Origin: Eubacteriales bacterium | Lineage (GTDB): Bacteria > Bacillota > Clostridia > Oscillospirales > SIG627 | Length of the DNA stretch: 64,000 nt | NCBI GenBank assembly: GCA_045631145.1 | Contig: JAZQUE010000074.1 | Coordinates: forward strand, 3,065 to 67,064 | Direction of reading: 5' to 3' | In this document: in pieces, positions 1 through 9,318 of the stretch | Layout of the letters: each line of letters opens with the position of its first letter | Numbering within the stretch: the stretch's first letter is position 1 | Translations under genes and position numbers: made by a program | The notes under the pieces: generated by a model | Database searches by the model: none | Seen by the model: only the letters and a program-made list of their open reading frames with translations | Told to the model about the DNA's origin: nothing

Positions 1-447
1 ACACCTTCAGATGATAAGAAATACCAACTTGATATAGCAGAAATTTTTATGCGTATCTGCGTGCTTATGCGATATGGATGTCTTGGTTACATTATGCGGC
101 ATGAGGATTACAAGAAAGCTCCACTCCCAAACTTATATGTTCAAATTGCAAGATGGTGTAATCAACCTGGGTTTTATCGGAATTTATCTTTCTGGGAATA
201 TTGCTACAAGAACCAAACATATTGGGAAGAACATACACTAGGGATAAAACACGATAGACTCAAGACCTATGAGGAATTTTTAGAAGACCTCCATAACGGT
301 TATTATAATGACAAGAAGATTTGCCTTACATTAAAGACCTGTCATGAATTCCTGGAAAGTCATAAAGTTCATAAGAAACTCTTCCTCAGTTTCTTTAACT
401 TGTCTTTTAAGAAAATGATAGATCCCAATCTATGGTTACGTAAATAA
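1..447 (+). CDS. 5'-truncated CDS of unknown function, first visible gene of the DISARM-like operon
   Basis: Frame 1 is open from base 1 (TPSDDKKYQLDIAEIF...) to the stop at 447; 13 bp before the next gene. Confidence 0.55.
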   Translation, partial: TPSDDKKYQLDIAEIFMRICVLMRYGCLGYIMRHEDYKKAPLPNLYVQIARWCNQPGFYRNLSFWEYCYKNQTYWEEHTLGIKHDRLKTYEEFLEDLHNGYYNDKKICLTLKTCHEFLESHKVHKKLFLSFFNLSFKKMIDPNLWLRK

Positions 448-460
448 AAATACTTTAAGT

Positions 461-1141
461 ATGGTAACATTCAGCATTGAAGATTTCTTTTCTAAGAAAT
501 TTGAGAAAGAATCGACTAACATCTTGTTAGAAAGGCCTGCATATTTTTCCGCAATAATGATGGAAAACTATGTGTATCAGCTTATGTGTTATGGTTTGGA
601 AGAATATATTTCATATATGGTTGCTAATCCAAATCAAATAGAAATTACTACTCGTGATATTACTCAACTCAGTAGTATTGATGACTGTACAACAAATATG
701 TGTAGGATAATGCTCGATAATAATAATCAAGGATTTACACTGACCGAGATTGCGACCAATTTACATAGTGATGACAGTTATAAGGATAATCCAGTTGCAC
801 TAACTAAATACGGTGAAAATCAAGTAAAAACTGCTTGTCAAATGGGATTAACTATTTTAAAAAACGAATTATGGTATCTTACAGGAGTTGGTTATGTTAT
901 TAACAACTTACCAGAAAATGTTAGGACAAAATATTTTGCAATTAACCTACTAAGAGACCCATTCTATAGCAAGGTTATACTATCGTTATATGAGAAGGAG
1001 ACAAATTTAAGGGACTTCATGGGTATTCTCTCAGAATCGACTCAAAAAAGAAGATCTTCTAGTTGTCAAAAAGTACTTGCATTTTATATTAAACAATGTC
1101 AAGTTGAAAACATAACTATTAATAACCTTACATTTAAATAA
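461..1141 (+). CDS. hypothetical protein (226 aa), DISARM-like operon member
   Basis: Long ORF, same strand, 1 bp from the following gene. Confidence 0.7.
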   Translation: MVTFSIEDFFSKKFEKESTNILLERPAYFSAIMMENYVYQLMCYGLEEYISYMVANPNQIEITTRDITQLSSIDDCTTNMCRIMLDNNNQGFTLTEIATNLHSDDSYKDNPVALTKYGENQVKTACQMGLTILKNELWYLTGVGYVINNLPENVRTKYFAINLLRDPFYSKVILSLYEKETNLRDFMGILSESTQKRRSSSCQKVLAFYIKQCQVENITINNLTFK

Positions 1142-1142
1142 T

Positions 1143-2876
1143 ATGTCTTACACAAATCATTCAAGAAGAACAGGAACTTTGGAACAAGTCATTTGCCGTC
1201 ACGAAGATGGTACTCTTCTTCAAGGAGAAGCTGACATGTATGAAAGAATCATAAGAGATTGTGAGGCAAGTGACTTGCATTGGCATTTGTGGTACGATTT
1301 GTCTCTACCTATTCAATATGCAGGGCAATCAGAAATACAAATAGATTTCTTATTGATTTGTGAAAAGGGTGCCATAATCTTAGAAGTAAAAGGTGGTGGC
1401 ATAGAGGTTGTTAATGGTCGTTATTATTATGTTCGCAATAATGGTCTCTCAAAGCAAATGAGTATTACTCCATTTGAGCAAGCACATAATTACAAATGGG
1501 CATTGCTGAATCATCGTGTGCTTAATGGAGAACAATTATTTGTTGACTATGCAGTTGCTTTTCCTCACCAAGAAATGAACAAAACAAATGAGAATGAATC
1601 TATCGACCAAAGTTTTTGGTTATGGGATAAGCAATTGCATGACAATAAGGATAATTCATTTGCTGATTTTTGTGAGAGTATATTAGATGATGCTAGAGAA
1701 AATTCATCAAGAAGTAGATTTGTACCTGTTCTTACAGAAAAAGAATTAGATGAAGTTGTGCAGGTTCTTTCTCCAACCTTAATAGATAAAAGTCGATATG
1801 CACAATCTACATTGTCAGAAGTGTTAAATTGGCTTCACATACAGAATTTGGATATTCTGGAATCTCTTGAAAGAAACAAACGAATCCTTATAGAAGGGGG
1901 GCCTGGAACAGGAAAAACAACCATGGCTAAAGCTTTTATAAAAAAGCACAAAGGGTTAAAAGGATTGTACTTATGCCAAAATATCTTATTATATGCAAAG
2001 ATAAGAGAGGAGTTAGTACAGGCCGATTTGTATAATTGTGATGTTTATACCTTAAATCGTTATCTTGGCATTATATCTCAGAATGTAGATTCAATGTATG
2101 TTTGGACTCCAAAGCTAGTAAAAGATATAATGCAGAAGACAAATCATAAGTTGTACGACTATGTAATAATAGATGAAGCACAAGACATTGCTGATAAGGG
2201 TATTGACATATTAATTGACAATCTTACTTCTATATCTGGAGACGGATTATCTACTGGAAATTATTTGATCTTCTATGACCTTGAGCAAGGCTACAATAGC
2301 AATTCACGCCATATTGATAATTTTGTGTCTTCATATTTACCTTTTTCTGCGCACTATAAGCTTAACGAAAATAAGCGTGTAATCACAAATAGAAAAATCG
2401 TAAGTTTAGCAAATAAACTTCTATTACAGGAAACAAAAGATGCATATACTGACTTTATCAAAGGCTTGGGTGAAGAATCAATACCTTATTTAAGAACAAC
2501 ATTTGTAAACTGCAATAAAGATTTATTTCGGGCATTCAAATCTGCAGTAAAACAGAGTGATGATATTGAGAGAACTGTAGTACTTGTACACTCTGCATTC
2601 AAACGTGTCATGTATCAAGGTGATAGCATATATGATTTATTATCCGACAAGCCAGGTGTGCATATGTTGGACGAAGATAATGTTGTTAATCCTGACAAGT
2701 CGAGCATACCTTTCACTAGTATTTTAAAATACAAAGGGCTTGAAACCAATAAAGTAATATTGGTAATTCCTGCGTCATGTGCCTCTGTTGACCTAAACAA
2801 CTTCCTATTTGAAATCTATGTTGGGTTTACACGTGCTATGATGGAACTTCAAATAATAATTTATTCAGAGCGTTAA
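1143..2876 (+). CDS. NERD nuclease-domain protein fused to UvrD-like (SF1) helicase/ATPase
   Basis: NERD-like IDFLLICEKGAIILEVKGG; Walker A GGPGTGKTT; Walker B VIIDEAQDI; C-terminal YVGFTRAMMEL. Confidence 0.8.
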   Translation: MSYTNHSRRTGTLEQVICRHEDGTLLQGEADMYERIIRDCEASDLHWHLWYDLSLPIQYAGQSEIQIDFLLICEKGAIILEVKGGGIEVVNGRYYYVRNNGLSKQMSITPFEQAHNYKWALLNHRVLNGEQLFVDYAVAFPHQEMNKTNENESIDQSFWLWDKQLHDNKDNSFADFCESILDDARENSSRSRFVPVLTEKELDEVVQVLSPTLIDKSRYAQSTLSEVLNWLHIQNLDILESLERNKRILIEGGPGTGKTTMAKAFIKKHKGLKGLYLCQNILLYAKIREELVQADLYNCDVYTLNRYLGIISQNVDSMYVWTPKLVKDIMQKTNHKLYDYVIIDEAQDIADKGIDILIDNLTSISGDGLSTGNYLIFYDLEQGYNSNSRHIDNFVSSYLPFSAHYKLNENKRVITNRKIVSLANKLLLQETKDAYTDFIKGLGEESIPYLRTTFVNCNKDLFRAFKSAVKQSDDIERTVVLVHSAFKRVMYQGDSIYDLLSDKPGVHMLDEDNVVNPDKSSIPFTSILKYKGLETNKVILVIPASCASVDLNNFLFEIYVGFTRAMMELQIIIYSER

Positions 2877-2879
2877 AAT

Positions 2880-5288
2880 ATGGATTTCAAGAAAGCATTA
2901 CAAACATTTGATAGTAATTTTGAGAGTATTCTTGAAATTATGAAACTCAGGAAAGAACCTGAGATGATTGACGCTGTCCGTAATCTATTACTTGTTGTAA
3001 ACCTTATTCTAGAATACTTCATGAATCGAGAAGATGATGAGTTGAAGATTCCTGTAATATATTTCCCAATAAGCCAAGAATACGCTCAAGAATTGTGTGA
3101 AGATTTTGTTACATTGAAACTTGGCTTATATACAAATAAAGATTGGAAAGAGCAATTGTGTTATTTATTATCAAAAAAAGACTTATATATCCCCTCTGAT
3201 ATAAAAACAAAGAAACAACATTTAGCATTACGTGAAAATCATAAGTATGAGAATAAACTCTCTGAAATCCTGTCGCGCTCTAGAAATGAATTCATAGATT
3301 ATGGAAAAACACTAATTTATAGTGAAAAATTACAAAAAGAACAAACCACATATCGTGAAGCTAATAAAGATTACAATAGGAAATCAGTTAATAAATACTG
3401 GTATCTAAGACATGCCATTAACGATTCGAACGATTTCTTACGAGGCGGTTGTCCTCTTTCATTGGTTTATGGGGATAGTGATTTCTTCTACGAACACATT
3501 ATTGAAAATGAAGGAAAAGTGAAAATCCAAAACATAATTGTTTTTCCAACAAAATCTGCAGATGGAAGGTATAGTGAGTTTTGTGCGAACTCATTTCAAA
3601 AACCTTATCTGGATGATTTCATAAGTACTGATTGTGGTTTGAAAAATGTATTTTTCTTTTGTTTCTCTCACAAACCTTATCGTCTTCGTAGACTGTTTGA
3701 CTTCAAACAAAGGATGAAAGAAAGAATACAAATATTTGAAGATGAAGTATATGATTTTATTTCATTCACGTATGAAGAAGCTCTTACTTTAACCAATCAA
3801 AATCCCCCAGAACATCTAGTTGTTAATATAGGTAAGGATAGTAACGAGATACAAGAAGATTACGAGACTCTATTTGATGATATTACAAATGGGTTGGATA
3901 GATATGTGTCTCGTAGAAACGAAATGTCTTTGTGCTTTAGTGATGCATTGAGCAAAGATTACGCAAATAGAATACTAGAAGAAACAGAAGCAGACGAAAA
4001 CTTGATTTCTGAGATTTTAAGATTTAATAGTCGATTATGGAAAGAAGAAGCAGAAGTCGCTCTACAGCATTTTGTCTTCAATAGTAATGTTTTCATTATT
4101 ACTGGCAATGACATAAATGAGCAACTTAAGAATTCTGTCCGTGTATTTCTCCAGCTATATTATAGCGCACAAAAAATTACGTTTGGAACCTTCGGAGATT
4201 TAAGAGGATATCTCTGTAATGGAGAATATCAAAATGAAATCAAGGACAAGAAAATCATTATTATATCATTTAGAAGTGATTATACTGATAGTATTTTTCA
4301 CAAATATCCAAACTCGTTTGATCCATATTGTATTAATGGTGATCAGCAAGTACTTGAGATTGCAAATTATTATTTCTTGCGTCAGTATTATGATTGGGGT
4401 AAATATAATTATGGTAAAGCAATTAGAAAAATCTTAAAATCTGAATTCCGTAATTCTGAGATGAGACCTATACTCGTGGAATATAAGCGTCCAACAAAAC
4501 GATTGCTAGAAGATACACGAGAAGAAGAGAGTGACAGAAACAATAGTCGTACAGTACAGAAAACGAAAGTGACTTATAATAATAATCACTCTCAGGAGTT
4601 TTGGAGGTCCGAATGGATGCTATATAAATTTGGAGATCATCTTAGCATTGCACCTTTATCAGATCTCGTGGATTTATATGAATCAGTTACAGACTTGTCT
4701 ATTCAGCCACTATCATGTCTAGTAAGACGTGTTAATAATCAATTCATTGACAGTCAAAAAGACAAAGACCACAAAAGTGAACGGATGTTCAAAGAGCAAT
4801 CTCTATATGGATTGACTCAGGAAGAGATAGATTCCGATACTCAATTATGGAAAATTCTTTTAGCTAAACGAGTTGAAAAGATGGGATGTAAAAATGTCTA
4901 TGAGGAAGTAATGGACAATTTCAATGAGAGATATAGAGTTAGTTACCATTCATTCAAAAGATGGTTAGAACCTGACTATGGTATTCCAAGAGCCAGAAAA
5001 GTTCAAAAATTCCTTGTGGAAAATTATCTTGGTATTAGACCTCCGTATATTAATCTCATACGTAGAATTAAGGAACGAACAAAAAGTGACACCGAAGGAA
5101 TAACAATTAACATTAGACATTTCCTTAACATTGCACTTTTAAACGATGATTTTAATATTGTTTACAATGCTTTAAGTGATGAAATCCGTGATTTGTTGGA
5201 CATTAATTCTTCAGAAGATGTCGAGAAAATCGTCACTGATGTAAAAGAAATAATAAACTTAGAACCCGTAAAATCTATTTCGCAATGA
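2880..5288 (+). CDS. hypothetical 802-aa protein; possibly DrmE-like by size and position next to drmA-like gene
   Basis: Long ORF immediately upstream of and overlapping (ATGA) the DrmA-like gene; no catalytic motif recognised. Confidence 0.6.
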   Translation: MDFKKALQTFDSNFESILEIMKLRKEPEMIDAVRNLLLVVNLILEYFMNREDDELKIPVIYFPISQEYAQELCEDFVTLKLGLYTNKDWKEQLCYLLSKKDLYIPSDIKTKKQHLALRENHKYENKLSEILSRSRNEFIDYGKTLIYSEKLQKEQTTYREANKDYNRKSVNKYWYLRHAINDSNDFLRGGCPLSLVYGDSDFFYEHIIENEGKVKIQNIIVFPTKSADGRYSEFCANSFQKPYLDDFISTDCGLKNVFFFCFSHKPYRLRRLFDFKQRMKERIQIFEDEVYDFISFTYEEALTLTNQNPPEHLVVNIGKDSNEIQEDYETLFDDITNGLDRYVSRRNEMSLCFSDALSKDYANRILEETEADENLISEILRFNSRLWKEEAEVALQHFVFNSNVFIITGNDINEQLKNSVRVFLQLYYSAQKITFGTFGDLRGYLCNGEYQNEIKDKKIIIISFRSDYTDSIFHKYPNSFDPYCINGDQQVLEIANYYFLRQYYDWGKYNYGKAIRKILKSEFRNSEMRPILVEYKRPTKRLLEDTREEESDRNNSRTVQKTKVTYNNNHSQEFWRSEWMLYKFGDHLSIAPLSDLVDLYESVTDLSIQPLSCLVRRVNNQFIDSQKDKDHKSERMFKEQSLYGLTQEEIDSDTQLWKILLAKRVEKMGCKNVYEEVMDNFNERYRVSYHSFKRWLEPDYGIPRARKVQKFLVENYLGIRPPYINLIRRIKERTKSDTEGITINIRHFLNIALLNDDFNIVYNALSDEIRDLLDINSSEDVEKIVTDVKEIINLEPVKSISQ

Positions 5289-8200
5289 TAACAAAAAAAC
5301 GCGATTCTTTAGAGTCTTTCATAAAGGAGCAAATAATAGGTCCTGGCGGCTGCAACTACCAGTATTATATAAAGCGTGAGGATAATAGCGAACGTTTGGA
5401 ACCCGGATATTCATATGGTGAAGTCCTTAATACGACTCCAGGAACCATTTACAGCTCTGCAATACTATTCCCACAGAAAGCAGTCGAAGATAATCGTACA
5501 ATCATAGACAACACTCAAGTTGATGACGAAAATTCGAATGAAGAAGTAGATGATATTCAAAATGTGTTAGAAGAGGAACTATCAGAGGAAAAAAATGTTG
5601 ACCATTCTGAAGATATTGATGCCTTGGGACGAAGATTTCCAAATAAGTTCGGAATATCCTGTTGTTTGGACTCAAATCTCATAAATGAGGGTCTTAAAGT
5701 CACCATATCTGGTAGATATTACAAAGAAATTAAATCTTCAACACTTCTTAGAATTAAGATAGAAGATGTAGAAGGATTTCAAACTTTCATTGAGGATGAT
5801 AAGTTTAAACAACTAATAGGAAAATTAGTTGCTATAGATGGTGATGCAATAAGAATAGTTATGGGCATCAAAGATAAGGAACTTAAAGAAAAAAAGGAAA
5901 GTCTTCGTGAAGTAAACAAACATTTCTGCAAAATTGTTGCTATTAATGATGATGGTTCTTTATGTGATATCTATAATGATGCATCGTTCAAACCTGAATA
6001 TAGATTCTTAAGTGCATATAAGGAGCGTTTATTTGCAAAACTCAACCATTTTGATACAGACAATAATTATACTTCTGCAGGCAGAGAAGAGGAAATAAAA
6101 AATAGAATTTCCAAAGTTGAGAAGTACGAAACATTTATCTCTTATATCGAAGATGTTATATCTGTTTTTGATTCGCAGGGTTTCGGTTATTGGGAAGCTA
6201 TCAACTTTGAGAAATCTATTGATCTTTCTGATATAGACCTTACTTCAAAAAGAGTCTTTAGAGCAGATGATTATCCTTCTTTAAAAGATATAGTCAAAGT
6301 TGAAGTAGGCAATGACACATATTTATCACTTGATGCATGGCTACAAGCCATTAAGAATCAAGGAAAAATTTACCTTAAGGTATTGCTAGTCAATAGTTCT
6401 ACACCTATAACTTCCGGAGATGTAAGATATTTTTCAATTGTAACAAAGAAGGTTAATGAGAGAAGTTTTTTTGGCGTTTCTATTAATATATCAAGTCCTC
6501 ATCTTTTGGAGTATCATAAAGAAAATACTTATGATGCCATCGATGAGGAAGCGAATGCGTTGAGATACTTGTATCGAAATATAAAGGATTTTGGTGTTGG
6601 ACATTTGTGTTCTGTCAATTGGGGAATTAAGAAAGGTGTCATGAATATATGGTCAGAGTTTCTACCAACTGTTGAAACACCTGACGTAGAACCAGTTCCA
6701 AGAAACAAAATGTTGGAGGATATCAGTTCAGATGGGAAAATATATGCAACTCCTTACTTGGAATCTCCCAAGTGCCTTCAATTCAAGTGGCTTTCAGTAT
6801 TTTCTGATGCTAAGGACGAAGATATAGCAAAGGGACTACTAGAATTTGCTGAGACATATAAGCATTGGATAGACAATTTATCAACCAATAATAGTCCAAT
6901 AGCTGAAGAGAATAAGCGCAGATGCAATATGGATTATTTACGTATAAAAAATAACGTTGTTGACTTCCTTTCTGATTCAAAAAAGATGCTTGCGTTCAGA
7001 CTTATGAACGCAGCCATGTTCATGCAATTATGGCATAATACCAATGACAATAAGAATAAAGTTGTTATTGATAAGACTAAGCTTACATTTGATTATTATA
7101 AAAAAGAGGCTGACGACACCACAATATTCAAAGGAATGAATGCTGCTTGGCGTCCATTCCAACTTGCTTTTATACTTCTGAACCTTGACGGCATTTTTCG
7201 AAGAAGTGCTGATACACCTTGGTTGGAAAGGAACGAATTGGTGGATCTTGTGTGGTTCCCTACAGGTGGTGGTAAAACAGAAGCCTATTTGGGTATCATA
7301 GCGCTCACTATTGTAAATAGAAGAAGGACTCAAGGCAAAAAGGGTGAAGGTACAGCTGCATTAATGCGTTATACCTTACGTCTTCTTACAACCCAACAAT
7401 TCCAACGTGCTTTACGACTCATTATGGCATTAGAACAAATAAGATTGTGGAATAACACAACTTATAATCTAGGTAATACGCAGATTTCCATAGGCCTTTA
7501 TGTCGGAAAAGCATCTCTTCCAAATACTAATGAAGATTTGGTTAAGGAAATACAAAATTGGGAACACACACACGGAAGAGTGCCACTAGATACATGTCCA
7601 TGGTGTGGTTCGCTGATTAATCCTATCAGAAAAAATAATGAACAACATTTTCGATGCAGTAATTTTAGATGTACATTTGGTGGTCAAAATACTTATCCCG
7701 TTTGTCTTTGTGATGAGCAAATTTACAAAACTCCTCCTACACTTCTATTTGGTACTGTAGATAAGTTTGCGCAATTAGCTCATAAGGTTGACGAGACAGA
7801 TGTGAAAAAAGACTCTAGAGGTATTTTTGGTATAAACAATGGTTGTCTGCCACCAGATTTGATTATTCAGGATGAGTTACACCTTTTGTTGGGCCCATTG
7901 GGTTCGGCAGTAAGTCTTTATGAGTGTGCTATTGACCAGTTATGTTCACAAAAAGACACAAAGGGAAATGTTATTCGTCCAAAGATCATTTCATCTACCG
8001 CAACTACTAGAAATACATCATTGCAAATAAGAGCTTTATATGATAGAAAAGTTAGCATTTTTCCGAAAAACGGAACCGACTATGACGATTCTTTTTTTGC
8101 ATTTTATAAGCGATTTAAGAATGAGGGAGATGCTGACTGGACATACGTAGCAAAACGAAAATATATGGGTGTGCTTCCTACTGGACGTACACAGATGACT

Positions 8201-9313
8201 ACACAGATTCGTCTTGCTGCAATCTTGTTCGTACATAGAGCGTTATTCGAACAACAGAACTATGAATTGATTAGCAACAAGGACTTTATCAAAGCTGCTG
8301 ATTATTATTACACTGTAATTTCATACTTCAACAGTTTGAAGGAAGTTGGTAAGACAGATGCACAATTCTATCAAGAGTTTACAAAATATACGCGAAGATT
8401 ATACAAGCGTGTTTTGAGATTCTCCCACATGCATGAGTGTCTCTATGTATATAATGATCATTTCCACAAGTCAGAGTTAACAGGTCGATTGACAGGTGAG
8501 GAAGCAGTAAAAGAACTTGCCGATGCTCAGAATCGCAAATGGGACCCCCAAATGCGCTTGCCATATCAAGATGAAGATAATAAGTGGCAAAGAGCGAAGC
8601 TTCCGGCCGATATGGTTCTAGCTACAAACATGATTTCAGTAGGTCTTGATGTGTCAAGATTTAACACAATCATCATGAATTCAATGCCACGAAACATTGC
8701 AGAATACATTCAGGCAAGTTCACGTGTGGCTCGCGAAAAGGAAGGATTGGTAATAACACTTCATAGTCCTTTCAACCAGAGAGATGTATCTCACTTCGAA
8801 AAGTTCAGGGAGTTCCACGAGAAGCTATATTATTATGTTGAACCAATATCTATTACTCCTTTCTCTCCTAAGTCGGTTGAAAGGTTCTTGCCTTTATATC
8901 TTGCTGCAATCATCAGACAGAAATATTCAGGATTGGGCAATCGTAAGGATGCAAGTAACATCAACGACTCACTTGCGACAAAAATTAAGGATGAATTAAA
9001 ACGCTACTTTACAGAGAGAGCTGATAGAAGTGATACTCTTCCATCGCAGGAAGCGGCAATTCTGACGCGTGGAATGTTGGACGTTATTATCAATCAAATT
9101 GATCTAAGTATTGGAATTTGGTTGGATGCTGCTAATAGAATGGGACAAAATTTAGTGTATTACATAACAAAATATGGTAGGCGTAATCCGAACGAGGTAT
9201 CACTATTTGCATCCCCGGAAGATTTTGAAGGAGATATGCCAACAGACAAGTGGCTCGTTCCGAATGCTTTGAGAGTTATTGAACCAGAATCTGTTATTCA
9301 TGTAATTCGTTAA
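5285..9313 (+). CDS. drmA: DrmA-like SF2 helicase (DISARM-related)
   Basis: WFPTGGGKTEAYLG Walker A, LIIQDELHLLLGPLGS Walker B, CPWCG...C zinc-finger-like insert, TPPTLLFGTVDKFA, QASSRVAR motif VI. Confidence 0.85.
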   Translation: MITKKRDSLESFIKEQIIGPGGCNYQYYIKREDNSERLEPGYSYGEVLNTTPGTIYSSAILFPQKAVEDNRTIIDNTQVDDENSNEEVDDIQNVLEEELSEEKNVDHSEDIDALGRRFPNKFGISCCLDSNLINEGLKVTISGRYYKEIKSSTLLRIKIEDVEGFQTFIEDDKFKQLIGKLVAIDGDAIRIVMGIKDKELKEKKESLREVNKHFCKIVAINDDGSLCDIYNDASFKPEYRFLSAYKERLFAKLNHFDTDNNYTSAGREEEIKNRISKVEKYETFISYIEDVISVFDSQGFGYWEAINFEKSIDLSDIDLTSKRVFRADDYPSLKDIVKVEVGNDTYLSLDAWLQAIKNQGKIYLKVLLVNSSTPITSGDVRYFSIVTKKVNERSFFGVSINISSPHLLEYHKENTYDAIDEEANALRYLYRNIKDFGVGHLCSVNWGIKKGVMNIWSEFLPTVETPDVEPVPRNKMLEDISSDGKIYATPYLESPKCLQFKWLSVFSDAKDEDIAKGLLEFAETYKHWIDNLSTNNSPIAEENKRRCNMDYLRIKNNVVDFLSDSKKMLAFRLMNAAMFMQLWHNTNDNKNKVVIDKTKLTFDYYKKEADDTTIFKGMNAAWRPFQLAFILLNLDGIFRRSADTPWLERNELVDLVWFPTGGGKTEAYLGIIALTIVNRRRTQGKKGEGTAALMRYTLRLLTTQQFQRALRLIMALEQIRLWNNTTYNLGNTQISIGLYVGKASLPNTNEDLVKEIQNWEHTHGRVPLDTCPWCGSLINPIRKNNEQHFRCSNFRCTFGGQNTYPVCLCDEQIYKTPPTLLFGTVDKFAQLAHKVDETDVKKDSRGIFGINNGCLPPDLIIQDELHLLLGPLGSAVSLYECAIDQLCSQKDTKGNVIRPKIISSTATTRNTSLQIRALYDRKVSIFPKNGTDYDDSFFAFYKRFKNEGDADWTYVAKRKYMGVLPTGRTQMTTQIRLAAILFVHRALFEQQNYELISNKDFIKAADYYYTVISYFNSLKEVGKTDAQFYQEFTKYTRRLYKRVLRFSHMHECLYVYNDHFHKSELTGRLTGEEAVKELADAQNRKWDPQMRLPYQDEDNKWQRAKLPADMVLATNMISVGLDVSRFNTIIMNSMPRNIAEYIQASSRVAREKEGLVITLHSPFNQRDVSHFEKFREFHEKLYYYVEPISITPFSPKSVERFLPLYLAAIIRQKYSGLGNRKDASNINDSLATKIKDELKRYFTERADRSDTLPSQEAAILTRGMLDVIINQIDLSIGIWLDAANRMGQNLVYYITKYGRRNPNEVSLFASPEDFEGDMPTDKWLVPNALRVIEPESVIHVIR

Positions 9314-9318
9314 TCAAT

